64,000 bases of DNA from Leucoraja ocellata (lineage: Eukaryota), in the NCBI GenBank assembly GCA_036785375.1, contig JAWMAR010000085.1, positions 7,440,001 to 7,504,000 on the forward strand. The letters run 5' to 3'. This document shows, piece after piece, positions 1 through 13,714 of the stretch. Under the pieces are notes generated by a model. The model had not been told where the DNA came from, searched no databases, and was given only the letters and a program-made list of their open reading frames with translations. Position 1 is the first letter of the stretch. The number at the start of each line of letters is the position of its first letter. Both the position numbers and the translations under genes were made by a program.

Positions 1-665
1 AATGGCCTAATTCTGCTCCTATAACTTATGAACTCATCGATATCCTCCAAGGTTATTGGGCTGAAGTCCTTGGTTCGGGTGATGCAAAAGGCACCAAAGT
101 GCTGGAGTACTCAGCGGGTCTGGCAGCATCCCTGGAGAACATAGATAGATGGTGTTTCAGATCGGTACCCAATGGTTCAATAATTGCTTTTTTTAATCAC
201 GTGTACCAAGGTACAATGGGATTTTCTTTTTGCATACAGATGAGTAAAATATTACCATATATAAATACAATTACCGGTTCATAATGCAAAGAAACAGACT
301 AGTGAGTATATGCAAAGCAGCATCTGTGGAGAACATTGATAGACGATGTTTCGGGTTGCACCCTTCTTCCGATAGACAAGTGGACAAGGGCACTATCAGT
401 GCAATATCTTCAGCAGCTCAATGATTTGGCATGAGAAGTCAACTTCAAGTCTATACACAGAGGAGTCTGGAGAAGGGTCCCGATGTGAAACGCTGCCTGT
501 CCTTTCCCTCCAGAGATGCTGTCTGACCGTGTTCAATGGAGAACATGATACTTGTGCTCTAACAAGCCCAATGAATAAATAACCATCAATGTAGACACAA
601 TCAGTCTGAAGAAGTGTCCTGACCCAAAACATCATTGATGCGGCACAGTGTATAGGATAGAGTTA

Positions 666-890
666 TGCCCCTGTCCCACTTAGGAAACCTGACCGGAAAC
701 CTCTGGAGACTTTGCGCCCCACTCAAGGTTTCCGTGCGGTTTCCGTCATTTTTGTCAGTCTCCCTACCTGCTTCCCCTACCTGCAACCTCCGGCAACCAC
801 CTGCAACCTCTGGGAACCACACGGAAACCTTGGGTGGGGCGCAAAGTCTCCAGAGGTTTCCGTTCAGGTTTCCTAAGCGGGACATGGGCA
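666..890. mobile_element. PIF/Harbinger-type MITE inserted in a SINE
   Basis: Inverted repeats of about 70 bp (TGCCCCTGTCCCACTTAGGAAAC...GTTTCCTAAGCGGGACATGGGCA), with TTA duplicated at 663-665 and 891-893. Confidence 0.8.
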
Positions 891-3059
891 TTAGTGTCCG
901 GGGTGATCGCTGGTCAGTATGGACTAGGTGGGCTGAAGAGCCTGTTTCTGTGCTGTATCTCTAAAGTCTAAAGTAAAGTCTGAGGTCTAAAAGTTTCCTA
1001 TTAAATCTTGCCCTCCTTAAACCTATGTACTGTTGTTCTCGATTCCCCTACTCTAGAAAGAGACTCTGTGTGCCTGCCTGAAGTATTCCTCTCATGATTT
1101 TGTACACCTCTACAAGATCACCCCTCATCCTCCAAGGAATGAAGTCCTCGCCTGCTTAACCTCTCTCTATGGCTCACGTCCTCGAGTCCCGGCAACACCC
1201 TCATAAATCTTCTCTGCACTCCTCTGCAGCTTGGCACCACCTTTGTTATAGCATTCTTCAACATCTTGTCAAACAGTAGAAGGCAAACATGCAAAAGGAC
1301 TCAGTTTAGTGTGCAGACAGTGTTTCGGAAGACGCTGAGCATGTTCTTTGTTTACATTGGATATCAGGGAGGCTGTTACAGCTCAGAGTTGGTGACAGAG
1401 ACAACACTTGATCAGCCCCTTGGCAACGTCATGCTGGATGGATGGCTTCTGGGCTGTTCCGTCTATCCTCCTTGCCCACGGCTGATTAGACCAGTTGCCA
1501 TGCCAACCACCAAGGCTGAGGAGCAACATAGCGAGGGAAATCGCTGAGCAACTTTGTAACAACACGTTCCTTTATGGATATACGGAGCTGCAGATGCTTC
1601 TTTACAAAAAAAAAGAACATGTAGAGATAATTTTAGACTCTACTTTCGGGAGAACTTTAGTTTAGTTTTGAGATACAGTGTGGAAACGGGCCCTTTGGCC
1701 CACCGAGTCTGCTCCAACCAGCGAACACCCCATGCACTAGCACTATCCTACACACTGGGGACAATTTGCAATTTACCGGAGCCAATTTACCTACAAACTG
1801 TACGGCAACTCTTCCGCTGTGACACTACGCTGCCCTGAATGGTAACTATTTTTCTTTTTTTACACACTAAGGGTGGTAGATATTTGAAACGAGCTGCCTA
1901 AAGAGGTAGTTGAGGCAGGTACTATCATAATGTTTAAGAGGCATTTGGACAGGTTCATGGATAGGATGGGTTTAGAGGGATTTGGGCCAAAGGTGGGTAG
2001 GTAGGACTAGTGCAGATGGGGCATGTTGGTCGGTGTGGGCAAGTTGGGCAAGGGCCTGTTAACATGCTGCATAAGTCTATAACTCTATAAGTATTACTTC
2101 ATGGATCTTAATCTTCAAATATTCAAAATGAACCCCACTGGTCAGAAATTGTAGCTTCACAGAAAGTGGATGACAGCTACAGTGAAATAAAGTGAGGTCA
2201 CTCCTGTTCCAATCCCTATCCACAGCTCAGAAAGATCCTTAGAACATAGAGCATGGAAAAGTACAGCGCAGGAACAGGCCCTTCAGCCCACAATGTCCTA
2301 TTCCTACTGTACCATGTTCCACAAAAGGACACAAAGTGCTGGAGGAACTCAGCAGGTCAGGCAGCATCTCTGGAGAGCATGGATAGGTGACGTTTCAGAT
2401 CTCGCAGTATCTTCTCAGCTGTTATCAGGAACGATGCTATGACCAACTAGAGAGCGGCCCTGACCTCCCATCTACCTAATTGGAGACCTTTGAACTATCT
2501 TTAATTGGACTTTACTGGGCTTTATCTTGTATTAAACATTATTCCCTTATATCCTGTATCTGTACACTGGATGGTTTAATTGTAATCATGTATAGTCTTT
2601 CTGCTGATTTGATAGCACAACAAAAAGCGTTTCACTGTACCTTCGTACACTTGACAATAAACTAAACTATACTAAACCTGCTGAGTTACTCCCGCACTTT
2701 ATGTCCTTTTGTGTAGTAACCAGCATCTGCAGTTATTTGCATCTATGTTCCATGTTCCATGTTCAAGAAGACTCTCTCGTAAGATAGACACCATGAGAGT
2801 TGAATAAAATCAAATGTGTTTTTTTCAATCTGCTTCCATAGAGGTTTCGGTGGGAGCTACTTTAGATTTTAGACATACAGCACGGAAACAGGCCATTCGG
2901 CCCACCAAGTCCGTGCCGACCAGCGATCACCCCGTACACTTGCACTATCCGACACACTAGGGCCAATTTCACAAAATTTACCAAAGCCAATTAACTTGCA
3001 GGTCCAGTATGCCCGTGACGTGCATCTCACGTCTCCCAGTAAGAACTTCCAGTGACATG

Positions 3060-3350
3060 GGTGACAAGGTAGCGCTGCGGTAGATTTGCTGCCTTACAGT
3101 GCCAGAGACACGGGTTCAATCCTAACTACAGGTGCTGTCTGTGTGGAGTTTGCACGTTTTCCCTGTGACCGCTTGGGTTTTCTCCGGGTGCTCTGGTTTC
3201 CTCCAACATCTCAAAGACGTGCAGGTTTGTAGGTTAATGTGTTTCTGCGAATTGTCCCTGGTGTGCAGGATACTGGTGATCGCCGGTCGGTACAAACTCA
3301 GAAGGCCGAAAGGCCTGTTTCCATGCTGTATCTCTAACACTGAAACTAAA
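3060..3350 (+). mobile_element. HE1-like tRNA-derived V-SINE
   Basis: tRNA-like head (gcggtaga..gggttcaatcc), central ggagtttgcacgtt..ggtttcctcc domain and CR1-like tail ggcctgtttccatgctgtatctctaa. More than 30 full or partial copies occur in the window. Confidence 0.85.
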
Positions 3351-4514
3351 AGGAGAACTAATCACAATTGCCACACAAATCACAGTTGACCAGGCACCTG
3401 CCCATTGCAAATTAATGGTTGAAATCCTAATCTCCATTGACAAATTAGAATAATCCCTACTTTGTGTGATTTCAGCAGAGATGTTGCATTAGAATAACAG
3501 CTGTCACTGCTAATATCAAAAATTGCATTTCTGAAACAAATTAATCAGTTATTCAAGCTTCAACAATATTTGAAGCAACATATTTTATAATGGCACACTG
3601 GCATTTATCAGTCTGGGGATTGAGTATAGATGGGTATAAGGACAGAGCCAACAATGGGCCATTATGGGCTCCACCCTTCCTGAGGTCTTCATGTTGCCAG
3701 CCCTGATATGTTCTGGCCTTTTCTCGCTTTCAGTTTCACCTCATCTCTATCTTTCAACTGAAGAAGGGGTTCCGACCTGAAACGTCACCCATCCATGTTC
3801 CCCAGAGATGCTCCAGCACCTTGTGTTTAGCTTTGCTATAAACCAGAAATAAGAAGGTCCAGAGAGGTAGAAAGCAGGCAAGGGATGAGATCCAGGTAAA
3901 GTCTTCCCCTATCCACTCCTCCCCCATTTATACATTCTCCAAGTGACCGTGGCTTTCCTCTGGTTTCCTCTCACACTCCAAAGACGTACAGGTCTGTAGG
4001 TAATTGGCTGCGGTAATATTGTAAATTGTCCCCAGTGTATAGTATAGTGCTAATGTACGGGGTGATCGCTAGCTGGCGTGGACTCAGTGGGATAAAGGGC
4101 CTGTTTCCATGCTGTATATCTAAAATCTAACCATGTAATTTAGGGTCGGACCCTCTATCAGTCTGAAGAAGGGTCCTGATCTGAAAGTTGTCTGTTCATT
4201 CCCTCCACAGATGCTGCTTGACCCACTGATTTCCTCCAGCAATTAATGTTTTGCTCCAAGTTCCAGCATCTGCAGATTTTGGTGTCACTAAAAGTAACAT
4301 TTATTGTCTGACTCTTTATGCTCATGGATGTTTCTTGGATATTGGTTGTGACAGCTGGTATATTCAGCGGTGGGGAGGGGGATAAATTAGGAAGTAATAT
4401 GGGTGACAAGAATGGAACAGTTGTCACATGATGTTCACTTGGGCCCCACACTGTGGCTGCAGCAATAGTCAGTTTACCAACTGCAAAAATGATTTCTCCC
4501 TTGAAAGAACCAGT

Positions 4515-4782
4515 GACGGCACAGTGGCGTATCGGTAGAGTTGCTGCCTTACAGCACCAGAAATCTGGGTTCAATCCTGACTACGGCTGCTGTCTGCACA
4601 GAGTTTGTGCATTCTCCCTATAACCGCATGTGTTTTCTCTGGGTGTTCTGGTATCTTTCAAAGACCGACAGGTTTGTAGGTTTAATTGGCTTGGTAAAAT
4701 TGTAAAATGTCCCTAGAGTGTGGGATAGTGTTAATGTACGGGAATCGATGGTCGCCGGAAACTCAGTGGTGCAAATGGGCTC
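4515..4782 (+). mobile_element. HE1-like SINE
   Basis: Same head and core. Confidence 0.8.
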
Positions 4783-5124
4783 AAAAAGGGAAAAATCAAA
4801 TCACAGATGCATGTAACCTAAAATAAAATAAAGTACTTCTAATATTTCAAAGGACTGTCAGCACTTGTGCAAGCTGACCTTTTGGGGTCAATGGCCATTC
4901 ATCATGTCCCAAACTGTTAACTCAAAGATGCTACCTGACCTGTTGAGCATTTCCAGCATACTCTCCTATCAGTTTGGCCAACGTGACATTTAAGCATACA
5001 ATCAAATTGCATCACAGCTTGGTTTGGGAACTACACTACCCAAGACCGCAAGGAATTTCCATGCTGTATGTCTAAACCAAACTAAACTAAACCATACAGG
5101 TTTAACACCAAGATGTTTACACCT

Positions 5125-5980
5125 TTGTGCTGAAGTGGAGGTGGTTAAAAGCTTCAAGTTCCTGGGAGTAAATATCACCAGCAACTTGTCCTGGACCAAC
5201 CATATCGAAGCAATGGAAAAGAAAGCACACCAACGCCTCTACTGTCTTAGAAGGCTAATGCCCCTGGCCCACTTCGGAAACCTGAACGGAAACCTCTGGA
5301 GACTTTGCGCCCCACCCAAGGTTTCCATGCAGTTCCCGAAGGTTCCCGGAGGTTATTGTCAGTCTCCCTACCTGCTTCCACTACCTGCATTCTCTGGCAA
5401 CCACCAGCAACCTCCAGGAACCGCACGGAAACCTTGGGTGGGGCGCAAAGTCCCCAGAGGTTTCCGTTTAGGTTTCCGTTTAGGTTTCCTAAGTGGGACG
5501 GGGGCATTAGGAAGTTCGGCATGTCCCCAACAACTCTCACCAACTTCAACAGATGCGCAATAGAAAGTATTTTATTGGGATGCATCATAGCATGGTTTGG
5601 GAACAGCTCTATCCCCGAGACTGCAAGAAATTACTGAGAATTATGGACACAGCCCAGACCATCACACAAACCAACTCCCTTCCATTGACTACATCTACAC
5701 TGCACGCTGCCTCGGCAAGGACACCAGCATAATCAAGGATGAGTTTCACCCCGGGCACACCCCCTTCTCCCCTCTCCCATCAGGCACAGGATACAGAAGT
5801 GTAAAAACGCACACCTCCAGATTCAGAGACAGTTTCTTCCCACCTGTTATCAGGCAACTGAACAATCCTACCAACAACCAGAGAACCGTCCTGAGCTACT
5901 ATCTATCTCACTGGAGACCCTCAGACTATCTTTAATCAGACTTTACTGCACTCTATCTTGCACTGAACAATATTCCAATT
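5125..5980 (+). mobile_element. L2/Rex1-Babar-type LINE 3' fragment (RT C-terminus)
   Basis: FKFLGVNITSNLSWTNHI..KKAHQRLYCLRRL..FGMSPTTLTNF..IESIL.GCI.AWFGN..LPSG..YRS..T.RFRDSFFP. Related tails occur near 2420-2670, 16720-16970, 24140-24400, 27560-27830 and 40330-40670. Confidence 0.8.
5259..5506. mobile_element. Second copy of the Harbinger-type MITE, inserted in a LINE
   Basis: Same TIRs as 666-890 with TAA/TTA flanks. It interrupts the LINE frame between LRRL and RKFGM. Confidence 0.8.
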
Positions 5981-6589
5981 ATCCCATTGTCGGCCTGTTT
6001 CCGATATAAACTTTAGTGATCGTACAGTGTTGTGGAAATTACAAACAGCCTTGATTGGACTAGGGACTGAGTGCAGAACCATTTACATAAGTGCGAGTTT
6101 ATGCAAGTCGCCTAAGTCAGGGAGTGCCTGTATTTCTCAGGTAACCTTGAGAAGGCATCACAGATAGAGTTTGTTCACTATTACATCCTATTACTCATAT
6201 TGTAAAATTGACAAGGTGTTTTATTGACAGCAGCATATTTTGGCCAATGCTCTGTTGCCTGCTGGCAGACAGTGACTCAGACCGCATGCTGTGGGCTATC
6301 CTAGACTTTGCTTCATGCGAACCTAGACATTGGATCTCATTTGTTCCCCTTTTTTGCCGAGCTATCTCCCCAGTGCTGTTTTTGAAAGTTCTAACTCAAA
6401 GGCCAGGACTGAGCATGAAGTTGAAGCTGAAATGGGTATAGACGATAGGACAGACACAATGTGCTGGAGTAACTCACTGTGTCAGGCAGCATCCCTGGAG
6501 AAAAAGGATTTAGTCCAGTACTTTTAGTTACCCCAACACTTTTGTGTCTATCTTTGGTATAAACCAGCATCTGCAGTTCTTTATTTCTA

Positions 6590-7170
6590 CATAGAAGTTG
6601 GGAGGTTATGTTACAGTTGTACAAGACATTGGCGAGTCAACATTTGTGGTATTGTGTACAATGTTGGTCACTGTGTTATAAGAAAGATATTGTTAAACTG
6701 GAAAGCATGCAGAGAAGATTTACGAGGATGTTGCCAGGAGTTGAGGGCCTGAACTATAGAGAGAGGTTGGGCAGGCTGGACTTTATTCCTTACAGGAGGC
6801 TGAGGGATGATCTTACAGGGATGTATAATATCATGAGGCAAATTGGTTGGATAAATGCACAGTCTTTTACCCAGATTAGGGGAATCAAGAGCAAGAGAAC
6901 ATAGGGTTAAGGTGAGAGGGGAAATATTTAATAGGAACCTGAGGGCAACCATTTTTAAACAGTGGGTGGTGGGTATAAGGAATGAACTACCAAAGGAGTA
7001 GTTGGGTCAAGTACTATCACAAACTTAAAAAAAAACATTTGGACAGATACATGGATAGGACAAATTTAGAGGGATATGGGCCAAATGTTGGCAGGTGGGG
7101 CTTGTCGATGGGGCATGTTGGATAGCATGGGCAACTTGACCCAAGGGCCTGTTTCCACACTGGTATGACT
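6590..7170 (+). mobile_element. CR1/HER1-type LINE 3' fragment
   Basis: MLQLYKTL..YCVQCWS..KKDIVKLESMQRRFTRMLPG. It ends in the gggcctgtttccacactg tail shared with the SINEs. Confidence 0.85.
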
Positions 7171-8049
7171 GTGGCTGAGAGGGAGGGTATAAACACCGCA
7201 GTCATCTCACATTTTTGAAATAAGTCAGAAATGAGTATATAAAACCAGGAACAATATCACTGGCTCTTTAGCAACTATCCACGCCATCTCAAGGAAAGAT
7301 TGCACTGAAGGAGAAGTGTACACAGGATATGATTCACAATGACAAATCCACTCATGAATCACTGCGTTCATATGGCAGCTTCTGGCAGACAGAGAATAGA
7401 TAAGGTCTGGCATTTATAACTCATTGTAGTACTGTACTCTGACCCTTGAGCAGTCAAAATGTTGAAACAAGGAACTGCAGATGCCTGTTTACAAAAAACA
7501 CACAAAGTACTGGAACAACTCAGCAGGTCAGGCAGCATCTCGAGGGAACATGGATAGGTGACGTTTCAGGTCAGAATCTATCAGGAGCCCAACCTTAAAA
7601 TTAACCTATCCATGTTCTGCAGGAATGTTGCCTGAGCTACCTATAAGTAATAGGAGCAGAATTAGGCAATTTGGCCCATTAAGTCTACTCCACCATTCAA
7701 TCATGGCTGATCTATCTTTCCCTCTCAACCCCATTCTCCTGCCCTCTCCCAATAACCCACTTGACAGCTTTACTAATTAAGAATATGTCAATTTCTGCTT
7801 TAAAATTACCCAATGACGGCCTCCACAGCCGTCTGTGGCAATGAATTCAACAGATCATGGATAGGCGACGTTTGAGTCAGGATCTATCAGAAGGACCCCC
7901 AACCCGAAACGTCACCCATCTATGTTCTCCAGAGATGCTGCCTGACCCACTGAGTTACTCCAGCACTTTGTGGCTTTTTTCTAACTACACACCTGGCTAC
8001 GATCTCCCTTTATCCTGCATCTGAACCTTGGACGGCACGCAACAAAAAG

Positions 8050-8340
8050 GGGGCTGCACAGCATTGCTGCCTTATAGCACCACTGATGCAGGTTCAATTC
8101 TGACTATGGGTATTGTCTGTATGCAGTTCATACGTTCTCCATGCGACCACGTGGGTTGTGTCCTGGTGCTCCGGTTTCCTCCATGTCCTTAAGATGTGCA
8201 GGTTTGTAGGTTAATTGGCCTCAGTAAATTGTCCCCAGTGTGTAGCATAGAACTGGAGAACGGAATGATCGACGGTCAGCGTGGACTCGATGGGCTGAAG
8301 GGCCTGTTTTCTCACTGTATCTCTCAACTTAACTAAACTT
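8050..8340 (+). mobile_element. HE1-like SINE
   Basis: Same core and (aaact)n tail. Confidence 0.8.
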
Positions 8341-9075
8341 TTCACGAAGCTCGGTACATTCAGGCGGGGCGAGGAGAGGGACAATGGTTTGAGGTACAGC
8401 AGGGATGGAGGCGATGGCTTCAATGGGCCTGTGGCCAGATGTAGCTGGGACTGTAAAATGGCAGCAAAATGGTGCCTCGTGCCTGCAGACTCAGTGGGCA
8501 GTTCGGTACCTTCTAGTCTAACCAGCAGATTGGGCTCATGTATGGTGATAGTCTTGCTGAGCTGTATGCATAAAAAATGTTAGTGTAATTATTTCACGTG
8601 ATAATAATGAAGCAAATAGACGTGACAATAATAAACTAAACTAAGCCAAACATAGGTTTTTGGTCCCATCTCTGTCACATCATTCCCCTTTGTTTACTGA
8701 ACGTGGAACCAGTTCCTTACATGCAGTATATCATCTGGTCCACTCAGTCCCCACATTATCAGGAGAAGCTGCAGGGAGAAGTGGTGGGGGGGGGGGGTGG
8801 TTGGATCCCAATTTGGGTCGGTGTCCTTGCGGGATTGTTCTGCAGATAGTTGTGCAACAACCCTCTGGCTGTGTACATTGAGGAAAGGCACGTGAATCAC
8901 TCCGCCTACATGCTGTGACAAGTTTGGCAGACAGAGAATAGCTCGGATTTCCACCGGGGACTGGTACCCTAGTGTACAATGCAGGTTCCAGTCTGAAGAA
9001 GAGTTCTAACTCAAAACGTCACCAAACCGTGTTCAGCAGAGATGCTGCCTGACCCACTGAGTCACTCCAGCATTT

Positions 9076-9585
9076 AGTTGCCATAGAGGGAGTACAGAGA
9101 AGGTTCACCGGACTGATTCCTGGGATGTCAAGACTTTCATATGAGGAAAGACTGGATAGACTCGGCTTGTACTCGCTAGAATTTAGAAGATTGAGGGGGG
9201 ATTTTATAGAAACTTACAAAATTCTTAAGGGGTTGGACAGGCTAGATGCATGAAGATTGTTCCCGATGTTGGGGAAGTCCAGAACAAGGGGTCACAGTTT
9301 AAGGATAAAGGAGAAATCTTTTAGCACTGAGATGAGAAAACCATTTTTTACAGAGTGGTGAATCTCTGGAATTCTCTGCCACAGAAGGTAGTTGAGGCCA
9401 GTTCATTGGCTATATTTAAGAGGGAGTTAGATGTGGCCCTTGTGGCTAAAGGGATCAGGGGGTATGGAGAGAAGGCAGGTACAGGATACTGAGTTGGATG
9501 ATCAGCCATGATCATATTGAATGGCGGTGCAGGCTTGAAGGGCCGAATGGCCTACTCCTGCACCTATTTTCTATGTTTCTGTTTC
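9076..9585 (+). mobile_element. Young CR1 LINE 3' fragment
   Basis: QRRFT.LIPGM..RLDRLGLYSLEFRRLRG C-terminus with a (ctatgttt)-type tail. Confidence 0.88.
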
Positions 9586-10691
9586 TAGTGTCTATCGTGG
9601 GTTCCAGACATACTTTTAATCCAAGGACTGTAGATTTTACATTAGACTTTAAAGATACAGCACGGAAAGAGGCACAGAGTCCACGCCAAACAGCAATCAC
9701 CCCGTACACTAGCACTAAATTGTCCCTAATGTGTAGGATAGTGTTAGGGTACGGAGTGATCGTCGGTCAGTATGGACAGGTTGGGCCAAAGGGCCTGTTT
9801 CCATGCTGTATCTCTAAATCTAAAAACTAAAACTAAAAACGGGTTATAATGAGTAATCTGTTCATGAATCACTCGTCCACATGCTGTGGCATGTTTGGCA
9901 AGGGTAGAATTTCAGTCCAAGGCTGGTACAATGATGTGTAGTGCAGGGTTGCTGTATGTGTAGTGGTTACCTCGGCAACAGTGCAGACAGAAAGAAAATT
10001 GGGTAAACGATGTGAACAGCAATAGTGTAAAATGTGCTATTCCATACTGACCCGGGTCCCGTGCCTGGGAACGGCCTGAGGAACGGCACTGAACAATGAA
10101 ATGGAACCGCAAAGAGAATTCACTATAAAAAATGCCAAGTAGATCACAACCCAATGGTATGAACACGGAATTCACCAATTTTTTGATAACTAACTATTGA
10201 GTATAGAAGTTGGAAGGTCATGTTGCAGTTATATACAATGTTGGTAAGGCCATATTGAGAATATAGTGTTCAATTGTGGGCACCAGAGTAGAGGAATCGA
10301 GAACCAGAGGGGAGAGGATTAAGGTGAGGGGGGAAAGATTTAATACGAACCAAAGGTTTAAGAAACCTAATTGGAGAGAGTATGTTTAAAGGGATATGGG
10401 CCAAATGCAGGTAGGTGGGTCTAGTATAGCTGGGACATGTTGGGCTGGAGGGCCTGTTTCCACATTGTATGACCCTAACACTATAACCAACAACAACCTC
10501 TCTCCCTGTGCCCTACATGGATGCACACCCATTTCTCCCACTATTCTGCCCCCCTCATTTTCCCTTCTTTCCCGTTCCCCTTCCCCTTCCATCTACATCC
10601 CTTTATCTGGCTTCACAATTCACTTCTCACAATTCTTATCTCATAGCCTTTGTCTCCTTTTTATCTCAGGCCTTTGTTCACCCCTCGGCCA

Positions 10692-10696
<5 letters not shown>

Positions 10697-10739
<43 letters not shown>
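10697..10739 (+). repeat. Poly-C tract (43 nt)
   Basis: Directly visible. Shorter C/G runs lie near 23672, 25697, 32543 and 42781. Confidence 0.95.
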
Positions 10740-11057
10740 ACCTGTATCCACCTATCACTCGTCAGGCTTTGTCCTGCCCTCGCATATACTAGGTTTCTTC
10801 CACCTACTACAATCACTCTGAACAGAAGTTTCCTGACCCGAAACGTCACTTATCCATGTTTTCGGGAAATGCTGCCTGACCCGGTGAGTTACTCCAGCAC
10901 TTTGTGCTTTTTGCTCAATATTCCAAAATCTACAGTTCCCTTGTATCCCAAGAATTCAATGTAAATATCAACACCAGGAAATGCAGATGCTGGTGTCCAA
11001 AAATAGACAGAAAGTGCTGGACTAACTCAACGGTTCGCAGATAAAGTGGGACTCCTT

Positions 11058-11358
11058 TTAGTTTAGTTTATTTTATTATAGAGAAACAGCGTGGAAACAG
11101 GCCCTTCAGCCCACCTAGTCCATGCCGACCAGCGATCCCTGTACACTAGTTCTATCCTGGAGACGGGATGATTTACAGAAGCCAATTAACCTACAAACCT
11201 GTACTTCTTTGGAATGTGGCAGGAAACTGGAGCACCCGGAGAAAACCCCACGCAGTCACAGGGAGAACGTACAAATGCCATGCAGACAGACAGTCAGGAT
11301 CGCACCCGGGTCTCTGGCGCTGTAAGGCAGCAACTCTACCGCTGCGCCACAGTGCCGT
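11058..11358 (-). mobile_element. HE1-like SINE
   Basis: Full-length antisense copy. Confidence 0.85.
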
Positions 11359-12265
11359 CCACAAGGGACTAGTTATAAATTACATCACACAAGGAGATGA
11401 TTATTTAATTATTTGGAGTTTCCCTATTAGTTCCTTCAGTCTCTGAAACACTGGAAACTTGAATCAGTCGATCGTACTGTTGCCAGCATCAGCTAAATAA
11501 CCAAGAGTTGGCAGTATTTTGTTGTCTTGCAACACTGACTCTTATTTGGCACAAAAGTCTGAATAGTGAAGTCAATGCATGACATAACGTCGCAGTTTAC
11601 AGTGAAGACACGGGTCCAAGCAAACTCCTCAATTGTCCATTATCTCTCTCTCTCACACACACACACACGTATATTACAATATGACACAAAGTGCTAGAGT
11701 AACTCAGCGGGTCAGGCAACATCTCTGGAGAAGATGGATAGGTAATGTTTCGGGTCGGGGGCCCTTCTTCAGACTGTTTATGGTGCGGCCGGAGAAAGCT
11801 GAAGGGAGGTGTGGGCATGGCAATGTCTGGTGAGTGATAGGTGGATACAGGGGAGGGTTTGGGGAAGTTTGATTGGCAGATAGGTGGACAAATGTTAGAG
11901 ATGAGAAACAAAAAGTGTGAGATAAGGAGAGAAGAAATGTGAAATGTGAAGCTAGAGGATGGAATATACGTGGAAAAGAGTGGGGGAGGGGAGTTGAGGG
12001 GAAAGGGAGGAATGGGTGCGTGTTCATGTGCATTTGTTCCACCTCCTCCTCTCTTCCACTTTTCTTCCTCCTATTATCACAACCCGACCCAAAGCATTGT
12101 CTATCCATGTGCTCCAGCGATGCTACCTGACCCGCTGAGTTACTCCAGCACATTGTGTCTTCTCTTATGAAACAGCATCTGCGGTTCTTTATATCTCCTA
12201 CAACCTGCTCTTTAGAGATGGGAAAATATTGGACAAGACAATGTTCCTGGTTCTTTTGTAAAATT

Positions 12266-12865
12266 ATAGAAACATAGAAACATAGAAATTAGGTGCAGGA
12301 GTAGGCCATTCGGCCTTTCAAGCCTGCACCGCCATTCAATATGATCATGGCTGATCATCTAACTCAGTATCCTGTACCTGCCTTCTCTCCATACCCTCTG
12401 ATCCCCTTAGCCACAAGGGCCACATCTAACTCCCTCTTAAATATAGCCAATGAACTGGCCTCAACTACCCTCTGTGGCAGAGAGTTCCAGAGATTCACCA
12501 CTCTCTGTGTGAAAAAAGTTCTTCTCATCTCGGTTTTAAAGGATTTCCCCCTTATCCTTAAGCTGTGACCCCTTGTCCTGGACTTCCCCAACATCGGGAA
12601 CAATCTTCCTGCATCTAGCCTGTTCAACCCCTTAAGAATTTTGTAAGTTTCTATAAGATCCCCTCTCAATCTCCTAAATTCTAGAGAGTATAAACCAAGT
12701 CTATCCAGTCTTTTTTCATAAGACAGTCCTGACATCCCAGGAATCAGTCTGGTGAACCTTCTCTGCACTCCCTCTATGGCAATAATGTCCTTCCTCAGAT
12801 TTGGAGACCAAAACTGTACGCAATACTACAGGTGTGGTCTCACCAAGACCCTGTACAACTGCAGT
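12266..12865 (-). mobile_element. Young CR1 LINE 3' fragment
   Basis: ORF 12364-12768 QRRFTRLIPGMSGLSYEKRLDRLGLYSLEFRRLRGDLIETYKILKG..FFTQRVVNLWNSLP, with a (catagaaa)n tail. Confidence 0.9.
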
Positions 12866-13714
12866 TGTATCCAGATCCAGATTGGTGAATGTTTCAACTG
12901 CAGCTTTTATATTTAGCAATAAAATGACAAATTGAATTAATAAACATTTTCAAGTACATTTTTGCATTTTTTAAAGTAATATTTTTCTAAATCCCAATCA
13001 AATAACTACAAATCTCACCCAAGGCAGCTAATAAATGAACACTTTGAAAATGCCATATATAAGTCCCTGAACTAATTTCATCTTCATAAATGAGAAAACT
13101 ATTATCCTTGGAAAGATTGTAGCACCGACTGATACGAGGGTTTGAAGGTTCAAGGCATGAGAAGAGATTGCAAAAGGAGAGTTTTGGTAGATACACCCCT
13201 GAATTTGGAAGATTGAAGGGTGGTCCCATTTTAAAAAATTGATTTAAAGATTCAAGAACATGGCAACAGGCTCTAGGACCCATCGAGTCCATGCTGACCA
13301 TCGAATACCCGCTCACACAATAGTTCTATGTTATCCCACTTCCTTATAGTCCACAGTCCAAAATATTAGTGACAAACTAGGGGCAATTTACAGAGGGCCA
13401 AGTAACCTACAAACCCGTGGGAGTAAACTGGAGAACCTGGCGGGAACTCACGGGGAGAATGTGCAATCTCCACACACACACAGACAGCACCTGAGGTCAG
13501 GATCAAAGCCAGGTCTATGGCATTGTGAGGTAGTAGCTCTATCAGCCGCGCCACCATGCTGCCCTTTAAATGATTATCTGATTTCATCAGTGATATAAAA
13601 AGAAACAACTTTCTTTGATTAAAGAACCCAAGAAAGATTAAATTGGCAGCTCGGTTTCCGAGATGTGAAATCAAAAATCTCTTTACGTTTAGGTTTAGAT
13701 TTATTTACACTTTT

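Noticed and set aside
4318-4430. Signal-peptide-like ORF MLMDVSWILVVTAGIFSG with a possible GT
   Set aside because: The donor is weak, there is no promoter context and no downstream exons were identified.
9912-10178. Minus-strand ORF with a hydrophobic stretch
   Set aside because: No recognisable domain, no convincing splice sites and no partner exons.
10396-10964. Polyproline/polyglycine ORFs
   Set aside because: They arise from a 43-nt poly-C tract inside a Penelope-derived repeat.
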